From Nageia nagi (Eukaryota > Plantae > Pinophyta), in the NCBI GenBank assembly GCA_050084985.1, contig JBITNC010000001.1:49910001-49974000 (forward strand): a stretch of 64,000 nucleotides of DNA, read 5' to 3'. Positions 27,384-38,058 of this stretch are shown here, piece by piece (the first letter of the stretch is position 1; each line of letters starts with the position of its first letter). The translations under genes were made by a program, and so were the position numbers. The notes below the pieces were generated by a model. The model saw nothing but the letters and a program-made list of their open reading frames with translations, was not told the DNA's origin and did no database searches.

Positions 27384-28645
27384 TGTGTATGTAATGATAA
27401 GAATCTAAATTATATATCCAAGAATAAAGAAGTAGAGAGGACTATATAATTGAATTTAGAGTGCTCTTCCCACGTATTATGGATGGTGTTGGTATTAATG
27501 TCTCTTCCAAACCCACTTTTTGAATTGGTTTTGTTCGAATGTATAATGCATTATTGTAAAGGTTTGTATTAAATCTCCTATATAAGTTCACTAATACTTA
27601 AGGGTATCATTTGATACCTTAAGTATTTAAGTGAATATCATAATGTAACTTGTCCTACACTCCATGTCATGAACATGCCCCTTGGGTAAAAGGATGTGCA
27701 TGTCATGCTTTTGTACATTGGATAAAAGGGTGATCCAAAGAGGGATTTTGGCCTATAAATAGGAGGCTCCCTCTTTCTGATTATACATCAATTATAGAGT
27801 AAAGTTATGCTATAGGATAGAAGTGTAAGAGTTGAGATTAGGAGAATTGTAAGAGAGTTGTATTTGTGATTGAAGTAAAGATCTAGTTAGTGGATGTACT
27901 CCTAGTTGAAGGAACCACGTACATCTTGTGTTATCTTTGTGAGATTGCTTTGTGTGATAGTTAGATGTGAATTGAGAGATTTCATGTGATCTTCATTGAT
28001 TAAAAATTATCTTGTTAGTGTTAGTTCCTTCAAATTGGTATCAGAGCACCTTGGAGGCTCCTCTTCACATCCTTGGTTTGGAAACTCATCTTCAACTTGG
28101 AGGTCTTCATTCTTAAATCCACTCTTGATTGTGAGGTAAAATCAAGAGAAGGTATAATGTCCTTCATTTTTATCTTTTGGGCTTATTTTGCTAATGATAC
28201 TAACATATTTTGAGTCATGTGTTAGCTAATTTAGTTTTTGCAAAATTTGACCAAAAATAGTAATATGATGCATTTATTTTTTATACTAACTTCTAATGAG
28301 CATATTGTTAATTGAGATTAGTATATAAAAATTGCATTTTTTTCTCTCTAAGCCATTTATTGATTTTAAAAAATATTGCTTTCATTTTTCTTTGAAGAAG
28401 TTTATCTCTACACTTAGAAAGCAATATTTTTAATATATATATATATATATAATATATATTAAAAGGGGGGGAAGAGTTAATTATTTCTAACAAATATATA
28501 GACATAAATATATTTTTGACAAGAACAAAATCAAAGGAAAATTTCTTATTAGCTCCATTGTGCCATGAATCTCCACCTCTTGCTCCTCATCCTGCAACTC
28601 CACAAGCTTAAAATGAGTTACAAAAATCTAAAAAAATAAAAATAA

Positions 28646-29113
28646 AAATCATGGTTTTAAGCTGCTTCTAAGGGACCCTCGTTGGCTACTATGGCCTATT
28701 TTTTGTACATAAAATAAAGCCCTTGCATCCATCGGTTGTTCTCTTAGTGCCAGTAGCTCCTTGTGCCTACGCCAGTAGCTCCTTGTAAATAGCAGTGCTC
28801 AAAATCATGGTCTAAAGCTGCTTATAAGGGATCCTCGCTAGCTATTGTGGCCTATTTTTGATGCATAAAATAAAGCCCTCACATCCACCGATCATTCTCC
28901 TAGCATTAGTAGCTCCTCGTGCCCACGCTAGTAGCTCCTCATAAATAGTAATGCTCAAAATTATGGTTTTAGGATACTTCTAAGGGACCCTTACTGGCTA
29001 TTGTGGCCTATTTTGCATACATAAAACAAAGCCCTCACATACACCAGTTGTTCTCCTAGTGCCAGTAGCTCCTCGTGCCTGCACTAGTAGCTTCTCATAA
29101 ATAGTAATGCTCA
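28646..29113 (+). repeat. ~156-bp tandem repeat x3 in the leader of element A
   Basis: Units begin aaaat(c/t)atgg at ~28646, 28801 and 28957. Confidence 0.9.
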
Positions 29114-30884
29114 CACCTCCCTTCCCTCATGTGGCTAGCTATCAAGAGCGTAGTCTACTCGCAACCCAATGAATTTCTTCTCACCATTCTCAAAGCATAG
29201 TCTACTCACAACTCATGAAGATGCCTTTTTTTTCCTTGCCTTCTATCTCATCACCTTCATCTTCCCTCCATAAATTATGTGTGCTCCTCCCTTGCGTGAC
29301 ATTTTATCTCCCTTGAAACTTTAAATGCCTCCTCTTTTTTAATGTCACTTCTCTTATGACATTTATTTTTTTTGGTAGGTGTCATTTTTTTGCTTGGTAA
29401 ACAAGTTTATGAGCTTCTTAAATTTGCAGAGTATGAAAACAAACTCTATTAAATGCTCTTGTAAAGCAATTTTTTTTTCTTTTTGGTAAAAGGAAGGAGT
29501 GGTCATCATTATTTTACCTAAAAAGCATTCTTTTTTCTAACTTCGAGAATTTTTTTAAACTACTTAGAGTGCAAGTAAGAGCACAATAAATATTGTTTAA
29601 ATGAGAAAATCATTAAGAAGTAGAAAATATTTAAAGCATTTTTGTGTCTATAATTAAATTATATAAGCTTGGCATTAAATTTTTTTATTAAATACATTAG
29701 GGAAAATTATTAGCATTTCTACTTTCCTTAGTTAAAATTATTTTCTAAGGTAAAAATACAAATTCTTTACTAAATGCTATTTTCTTTAGAGATCATGATT
29801 TTAAGTAAAAAAAAGGGGGGGGGGGGGAATTTTTAAAAAGTCATTACTTAAATCTTTAGATCCTTATGCAGACATGATATGTCTATTGCTTGAGTTAATG
29901 ATACATGCTTAAGGACTTAATTTTTTAAGTTAATGCTTAGGACTTGAAATTTTAAGATGTATGCTTATGCCTCTTAATTTTTTAAATTCTTGGACTAGTT
30001 CTTATGAAGAAATGATGCATGCTTATTACTTAAAATCTTCAGTTATGATGGTCTTGTGCAAAATTAGGAATGATGTAAAAGATGTCCTTTATGGGTTGGT
30101 AAACAAAACCCATTGAACACTTAGGTTTCAGTTTTTTGAATGGATGATGTTTTACTTATGTTCTTTTATTTCATGTTTCGCACTTTGATTTATTTTCTTA
30201 TGCAAATAAAAATGCAAACATTGAAATGAGCAACCCCCTAAAATAAACACATTCACATGTACATTCTGTAACATGAATTATTTGGGGAGCCATGAGATGA
30301 GCATAGGTGGATTGAAGTCTTTAAGTTCGATAATCCAAGTGGTGAAAAGTCTATACTTTTTAATTGCCCTTAAGTCCTTTATTGGTCTAGATTTAACTTT
30401 AATAGATGGATAGGTATGTGTGTAGTGATACCACATATTTGCACATCCATTCAGGGATTATCCTAATAACCTAGGAGTTAACTTGAAACTTAATCAAGAT
30501 TAATAATTTGGTCGATCCATTAAATGTTGAAACCTTGAAAAATAGCTAGTACTTCTCCTTGTGAGAGTATATTACTACCAAAGGGGAACTAGTTGAGGAT
30601 TGGTAAGGCCTGGGCTCCTCTTGTGTGGACATCTAGGTGAAGGCCTAATTTTAGACAAAAAATAAGCCTCAACAATGTCAATCTACATCTACGATTCTTA
30701 AGATAAGAAATGTATTTGGGTACATGGGTTATTATTTGAATTGTAAAATATTTGCACTTGTGAATCAAATCAAGCATGACCTTAGTGTTAAATATAGCAT
30801 GTATTATTTACTTGGTTAAAATTTAACATTTAATGTTATTTATTTAAACCACATGCTTATTATTTCATATTCTTGTATAGCAAA

Positions 30885-31747
30885 TAGGAGAATCCTTTTT
30901 ACCCAAACACATTCTTGATGGTTCTACTATGGCATTTGGGAACCTCGAATGAGAGCTAAATTGTAGGTAAAGAAGCTTTGGTAAATAGTAAATGAGAACC
31001 TTGTACCTCCTATAAATGAGAAGGCACTAGAGGCTTACAATACAAAAAATGAGTTGGCAACCTCCATGATTTATCGTGTAATTTTAGATGATGTGCTCCT
31101 GATGATTTTCTCTTCAACCTCAGCAAAGGAAGCATGGGATAAGCTTAAGCAAATCTACTTTAGTTCAAACTTTTCAAGAAGGTTTACCATTCTCCAAAAG
31201 TTGCTTCAATATCATCAAAGGGAAGATGAGAATGTGGCTATCTACTTAAACAAAATCATTGATCTAAGGACCCAAATTTTTACTTGTGGGTGTAATTGGA
31301 TCAATGATGAGTTCATGGTCTTCATCATTCTTCAAAACCTCTCTTCAAAATTTGGAAACTTTATGACGGTTATGGAAATAAGGCTTGATGATAAAAAGGA
31401 AGTCTTCTCCCTTAAGAACCTTTCAAGGCACCTATTGAAGCATGAAAAAATTCTTAACAATAAAGAGTTGATTTCTTCTCCTAAGGATAATAACATTGCT
31501 CTTGGAGCAATCAAAACTCCTTTCAAAAAGAAGTTCAACCATCAAAATAAATCTTATCTTTCTTCCTCCAAAAGGTTTGAGAAAAGAGGTAATGGCTACA
31601 ATAGTAATAGGAATAACAGAAACAATAACCATAGTCATAGAAATAATAGTAACAACAATCATTTCAAATAAAGAGATGGAAAAGGCAAAGCAAACACTTT
31701 TTATCCTAAAAAAAAGTTTGATGGTAATTATAACTATTATGGCATTC
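30885..31747 (+). pseudogene. gag: copia gag (disrupted)
   Basis: ILDGS.YGIWEPRMRAKL, then SAKEAWDKLKQIY (ORF 31054-31671). The zinc knuckle begins at ~31727 and is split by element B. Confidence 0.9.
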
Positions 31748-32404
31748 TGAAGGATTTTGAACTAGATCTAAACAAATCCTTTAGGACCTAAGACTAGGAA
31801 GCTAAATCATTCAATATCTACAATTCTAAGAACATCATTCACACAATATGACACCAATATAATGTGGTTCCTCCCTCCTTGGGAGTACATCCACAACTAG
31901 TTCTCTATTCTCAATCTATGCCTCTCTTACAACTATTCTCTTGCTCTCTCCTACACAACCAAGTAGAGTAATCTTACTCCAAAACTTAGATGTGTTTACA
32001 AGAGGAGAGGCCCTCTATTTATAGCTTGAGAGCACCTCCATAACCTTCCTTTAACCCAAGAGTAAGGTTAGGGTTATATTAAATGTATCACCTAACTTCA
32101 ACCTACCAACTAACCACTTTGGTAAAGTCAAAGTCTACATATTAAAGAATTCAATTAATCTCTTAAGGTATCTACATACCCTTAAGTGATTAATTGAATT
32201 TACAAGGAGTTTAGATATTCACAATATTTCATTACAAATTCTAACACTCCCCCTTAATGCAATATTGGGATAGAGCGTAGAAGAAAGAAGAGAGAGAGTA
32301 AGAGAGAGTTCTCCTCCATAGAGATACAAGTGGAGATGAGAACATTTACATATTTGAGAATCTTTTTTTTTTAGAACTAGTATGAGACTCACTACATTAC
32401 CATT

Positions 32405-33371
32405 TGACAAAAAATGGTTTCCAATACAATCATTAACCACAACTGGTTTCACTGTACATAGTAGTCGATCAACTTTAAGCTGACATGTGAGTCTCCATGA
32501 GCTTGCTTTCACAAGGTGAGTAACCTGCATTTCTGAAGAAGATCCTGCATGCTACAAGCAACTCATGAACAAAATCAGTTAGATGCATCATATATTCAAA
32601 TAAGAGAATCAAATAATGCCATCTTATAAATAACTAATCAATGGTGCACTATAAGCCATCACAGAGATGCCAAGCCATCACTCATAGTCACCTGTTGTAT
32701 ATAGACATGTGTTGATTTTAAATAGAGCATAAAAATTGTACAACGAGTTTCTCACGCAGAGCAAACTCACCACGGAGGTATAGAATGTACAACAAGTTCC
32801 TCACGCAGAGCGAACTTACCATGGAGGTATATTAATTATATGCTCAAAATTTATACAATAAGTTTCTCACGTAGAGCAAACTCACCACGGAGGTATAAAA
32901 TGTACAACAAGTTTGTCACGCAGAGCAAACTTACCACTGAGGTATAAAATAATCAACACTCTATAACAACAATTGTACAAGTTTGTCACGTAGAGCAAAC
33001 TTACCACGGAGGTCTATAATGTACAATCAAAAAGGCCTTTTAGAGGTGAAGTTGTCATTACTAACAAAAGTTTAAACTTCACTCCCCCTTGAGGGCAACT
33101 TCACCAACCCGAGAGAATCCCTAAGCTTGCAGAACTGAGCTTCAGGAAGGGGCTTGGTGAACAAATCAGCGGAGTTTTCAGTAGATGGACAATACTGCAA
33201 GTGTATGATGTCATCTAGAACCTTCTCCCTGATAAAATGGGCTTGAATTTCCACATGTTTAGTTCTCTGATGGAACACAGGATTCTTAGCCAAAGAGATA
33301 GCCGATTGATTATCTGACGAAATAAGAGATGGGCCATTTTGCTTATACCCAATTTCGTTCAAAAGATGCAT
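32405..33371 (-). mobile_element. Fragment of a third copia family (C): RNase H C-terminus + PPT + probable 3' LTR
   Basis: ORF 33072-33371 reads SDNQSAISLAKNPVFHQRTKHVEI...ADLFTKPL. A second PPT AAGGGGGAG at 33082-33090 is followed by TG at 33081, then a U3-like repeat array and a TATA-like CTATATACA (~32700). The left boundary is tentative. Confidence 0.8.
32737..33025. repeat. ~46-49-bp repeat x5 (U3-like array of fragment C)
   Basis: tgtacaacaagtttctcacgcagagcaaactcaccacggaggta at 32737, 32786, 32852, 32901 and 32974. Confidence 0.9.
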
Positions 33372-33439
33372 TTTAACTTATAAATTTAAGTACTAAGCAT
33401 GCTTTAATCCTAACAATGTTAAGAGGCATGCATTTTAAA

Positions 33440-33607
33440 CTTAGCATGCAAGATCCATTTAGCATAACATGCAAGATCTATTTAGCATGCAAGATCTATT
33501 TAGCATAACGTAAAAATTTAAGTAACATGCAAGATCTATTTAGCATAACATGCAAGATCTATTTAGCATGCAAGATCTATTTAGCATAACATGCAAGATC
33601 TATTTAG
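33440..33607. repeat. 17/23-bp minisatellite
   Basis: catgcaagatctatttag(cataa) repeated about 7 times. Confidence 0.9.
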
Positions 33608-34961
33608 ATTTAAGTAAAAAATGATAAAAATCCCCCCCATTTTTACTTAAAGTGCTAACAACTTGGAGGCTAAAAAATTATGTTTAAGTGTGAGGTTTTC
33701 CTTTTTGTCACTTAAGGGGTAAACTTTAAATATTTAAGTGTGACTAAGGCAAAAAAAAATCAAATCAAATGTGGAGTGGGTAAAAAAAATAAAGACCCAA
33801 CAACCAGAGTTTGACAAAAAAAATGAAAGGGCCATGTGTAAGCCTCAGGGAGGTTGAGAAGCTAGGCAGGGGTGGCAGGAGAGACCAAAGTGGGTTGAAG
33901 GGTGGTGAGTCATGTGGAGTGGGAGATACTGGGCTGTAGAGTGAGTCCAAGGCGGTAAGGAGGCCGCGTAAGGTGGTGGAGGTCGCGTGGGTCGATCAGT
34001 CAGTGGTTGACCACCCAATGCGCTACTTCAGGGCGATAAGGGAGGAGGTTGACATGAAAAAATGGAAGCTTCTCTACGTTTTGTGCAGATACTTGGCAAA
34101 CAATGTGGCGTGCATAGTTGGGAAAGCCATTTGGGTGCATAGTCTACGATCTTTGCAGTCCATGAAATGCTGTGGTCATATCCTACGATTATTGGACGCC
34201 AGGGTAGAGAAGTGGAGGAGAGGTCACGTGCAGAGGGAGATGCCAATCGTAGCCATGAAGGTCTATCTGCACCATGCATCATGTTAAACAAGCACGGACC
34301 CATTCAATGTACCTATTTTGAGAATATCCTACGAGCATTTACAGTCTAGAAAAAAGGGTCTGCATCATGCATCTTGGTAAATGATTCTCGTGTGCCACTG
34401 TGTGCAGATCCTGTGATCATTAAAGTCCAAGAAATGTGGAGCTTTCAACGTACATGTTTTGTGCATTGCCTACGAGCAGTGTAGTGAGCAATGCAAGATA
34501 GGAACCTCTAGTTGCATCATGCAAACACGTGTGCGGAGCCATTTTGTGCAGATGCGATGAGTTCGGTGAGTGGGGAAGTCTAGGAAGCGCGATCCTCTAC
34601 GTTGGCCAAGACGTGATTCCAAGAGGAGGAGGTAAGCGTGGGAGGAGGAGGCAGTCGCAGGAGGAGGAGCAGCTAGTGGTGGTGATTGCCACCAGAGGCT
34701 GCATAGGGGCGGGGGAAGCCACCATCGTGTGCTTCGTTTTGACCCCCCCAAATATAAAAATTATACGATTTAATTTTAATTTTTATCTAAAGACCATATG
34801 AAATTTCCCACCCCCTAGATAGTTGTTTTTGATTTATATTTTAAACGAATTTAAAATATATAAAAAAATATACATATATTTTTAATTACATTTTAAACAG
34901 ATTTAAAACATAAAAAATATATATATATTTTTTTGATTTATTATTATGTTTTTTTTAAACA

Positions 34962-35007
<46 letters not shown>

Positions 35008-35489
35008 AGCCTTTATTGTGCCCCTAAATATATTATTGTGGTAGAACAAAAAAAATTGTCCTGCTCTCTAACTTTTTAAATATTCATGCCTCACATAAAA
35101 AAATGGTAGTATATGTAGGAGAAATGTCACAATAATATAGTACTATTTTTAAGCAAATAGTAAAACATAATACTACTAACATAAAAAATGTTAGTAAAAA
35201 TATTGGCATTTCATACTATCCTCTTAAAAAATATAGCATGTATTGAGCATTTTTGTAAAAAAAATGCTACTATCATAAGAGGTTAGTATAGAAAAATAAT
35301 ACTACTTGCATTGTCATTTTAATCATATTTTGCAAGAAATAAGCTCCAATATCTCACAAAATATGTTAGTATCTAATGAAATAATCCAAAAAAAATGATC
35401 AAATAAGGAGGAACTTTATACCTTTTCTTAAAAATTTACCTCACCAATGGGTGTAAGATGAGGAATGAAGAAGGATGAAGAACCTCCAA

Positions 35490-35608
35490 GATGTAGCTTC
35501 CACACCAAAAGAAGAGCTTCCACAACAAGGAGAGTTTCTACACCAAGAAGAAGAGATTCCACAACAAGGAGAGTGTCTACACCTAGAAGAAGAGCTTCCA
35601 CAACAAGG
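35490..35608. repeat. 39-bp repeat, ~3 copies, directly after the PBS of element B
   Basis: gaagagcttccacaacaaggagagt..ctacacc.agaa repeated. Confidence 0.85.
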
Positions 35609-36125
35609 CTCTGATACCAATTGAAGGATTTTGAACTAGATCTAAATAAATCCTTTAGGACCTAAGACTAGGAAGCTAAATCATTCAATATCTACAATTC
35701 TAAGAACATCATTCACACAATATGACACTAATATAATGTGGTTCCTCCCTCCTTGGGAGTACATCCACAACTAGTTCTCTATTCTCAATCTATGCCTCTC
35801 TTACAACTATTCTCTTGCTCTCTCCTACACAACCAAGTAGAGTAATCTTACTCCAAAACTTAGATGTGTTTACAAGAGGAGAGGCCCTCTATTTATAGCT
35901 TGAGAGCACCTCCCTAACCTTCCTTTAACCCAAGGGTAAGGTTAGGGTTACATTAAATGTATCACCTAACTTCAACCTACCAACTGACCACTTTGGTAAA
36001 GTCAAAGTCTACATATTAAATAATTCAATTAATCTCTTAAGGTATCTACATACCCTTAAGTGATTAATTGAATTTACAAGGAGTTTAGATATTCACAATA
36101 TTTCATTACAAATTCTAACACATTC

Positions 36126-38058
36126 AAGGTCACAAAAAAATTGATTGCTACAAAAAGAAAAGATAGAAAAAGAATAAAGGTAATATATATATAAAGAACT
36201 ACAAAAAAAAAGAAAAATATTCATGTTGATTTTCCTGCAATGCTCTACTCTTTATCTTGCTCTTTTTCATCTGAATGGATTGTTGACTTTGGTTGCACTA
36301 ATCACCTATGCTTTGAAAAAAGAAAAATTTGAGAACTTTCACAAGTATAAAAAGGATGCAGTTGTTATAGGTGAAAACTCTACCCTTGAAGTCTAAAGAA
36401 TTGAGAGTGTATTGATTCATGAAAAGGTTCTTAAAATGTTCTCTATGTTCCTAAGTTAAGGATGAACCTTCTCTCTATAATCTAAGTTGCTAGAAAAGGG
36501 TACTCTTTTGAGTTCGACTCTCAATCCTGATGCATTAAGAAAGGACTTGCCACTTTGGTTAAAGGATCTATGAAAGATAACCTCTACATTGTGGATCAAG
36601 TTCCATCTAAGATGTGTCTTGCTTCTAGTGTGTGTTCTAAAGGTATTCTTTGGCACCATCATTTAGGGCATCTTAACCATAAGAGTATTCAAGTCATGAA
36701 AGACCAAAAACTTATGGAAGGTTTGCCTTTAATTTCTTCTTCGATTTATCTATATGAGAAGTGCATTCTTGGTAAGATGCATATACAAAAGTTTGAAAAA
36801 GATAAGACAACAAGAGCATCTCAACCTCTCTAACTTATGCATTCAAATTTGATGGGTCCATTTCAGACTAAATCACTTGGAGGAGCATCTTACGTTTTGA
36901 CCTTCATTGATGACTTTAGTAGGATGACCTTTGGGTATCTACTTGAACATAAGGATCAAACCTTTGAAATTTTTAAGATTTTTAAGGCCTTTGTTAAGAA
37001 TCAAACTAACCTTAAAATAAAAATATTGAGATCAGATAATGGGGAAGAATATAACAATGAGTTTAATAACTATTATTCTAAGTATGGAGTTAAAAGGCAT
37101 TTTACGATTCTTTACATTTCTCAACAGAATGGTGTTGTTGAAAGGAAAAATAGAACAATTATGGAGATGGTTAGATGCATGTTGGGTAATCTTTCTAAAT
37201 TCTTATGAGGTGAAGTTGTGAGCACTGCTATTTACACCTTGAATAGGTGTCCCACAAAATTCATTCAGAGTAAAACTCCTTTTGAGGCATGGTCAGGAAG
37301 AAAACCTAATATTTCTCACCTTAAGGTGTTTGGTTATGAAGCATTCTCCTACATTATTTTTGAGAAAAGAAAGAAGTTGGAAAAAAAGAGTTGAAAAATG
37401 CATCTTTGTGTGTTATGATAGTTAGCATAGAGGCTACAGGTTATACTCTCCAACCTATAAAGTAGTATTCATTTCAAGGGATGTAAAGTTCAATGAAATT
37501 CCTAAAACATTTGCTTCTAATGAGGATGTTGATGATCCAAAGGACTCTTCAATTGCTCCTAGCTAGTTGGATATTGATGTAGATAAGTCACCTCAAAAAT
37601 AAAATTCTCTAACATAAAGGGTAACAAGGAGCATGGCCTTGAACAAATCCTTAATTACTAAGATTTATAACAAGCATGAGCCCTCAACCTTCAAAGAAGC
37701 ATCTAATCATGAGTGTTGGATGGAAGCCATGAAAGTGGAATATGAGGCACTTATGAAAAATAATACTTGAGACTTGGTTCCTTATCCCAATGAAAAGAAT
37801 GTGATTAGTAATAAGTGGATCTATAAGGTCAAGTTCAATTCAATTGGAGATATTGAAAAATACAAGGCAAGGTTAGTAGCTAAAGGTTTTGCTCAAAAAT
37901 ACGATGTAGATTATGAAAAAACTTTTGCTCCAATGGCAAAGATGCCTACTATGAGAGTAATTCTTACTCTTTCTGTAGCTCAAGGATGGAAAGTTTTTCA
38001 ACTTAATATCAAGAGTGCATTTCTCAATGGTGACTTAGATGTGGAAATCTTCATGAAT
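36126..38058 (+). pseudogene. pol: copia pol: protease, integrase, 5' part of RT (truncated)
   Basis: WIVDFGCTNH (~36275), LWHHHLGH, FIDDFSR...LRSDNG.E...QQNGVVERKNR, and KWIYKVK...YKARLVAKGFAQ...SAFLNGDLDVEIFM. The sequence then jumps to the 3' UTR. Confidence 0.93.

Larger units (their letters stand above)
31748..36120 (-). mobile_element. Non-autonomous copia-type LTR element (element B, LARD-like, 4373 bp)
   Basis: 499-bp LTRs at 31748-32246 and 35622-36120 (7 mismatches by hand count). TSD CATTC at 31743-31747 and 36121-36125. PBS at 35608-35619 and PPT at 32247-32255. No gag, PR, IN or RT inside. Confidence 0.96.

Noticed and set aside
32737-33025. CRISPR-like repeat/spacer appearance
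   Set aside because: Spacers are 0-24 bp and irregular, the context is a eukaryotic LTR, and there are no cas genes.
33765-34801. Several overlapping ORFs in the GC-rich interior of element B
   Set aside because: No domain motifs. Expected by chance in GC-rich degenerate repeats.
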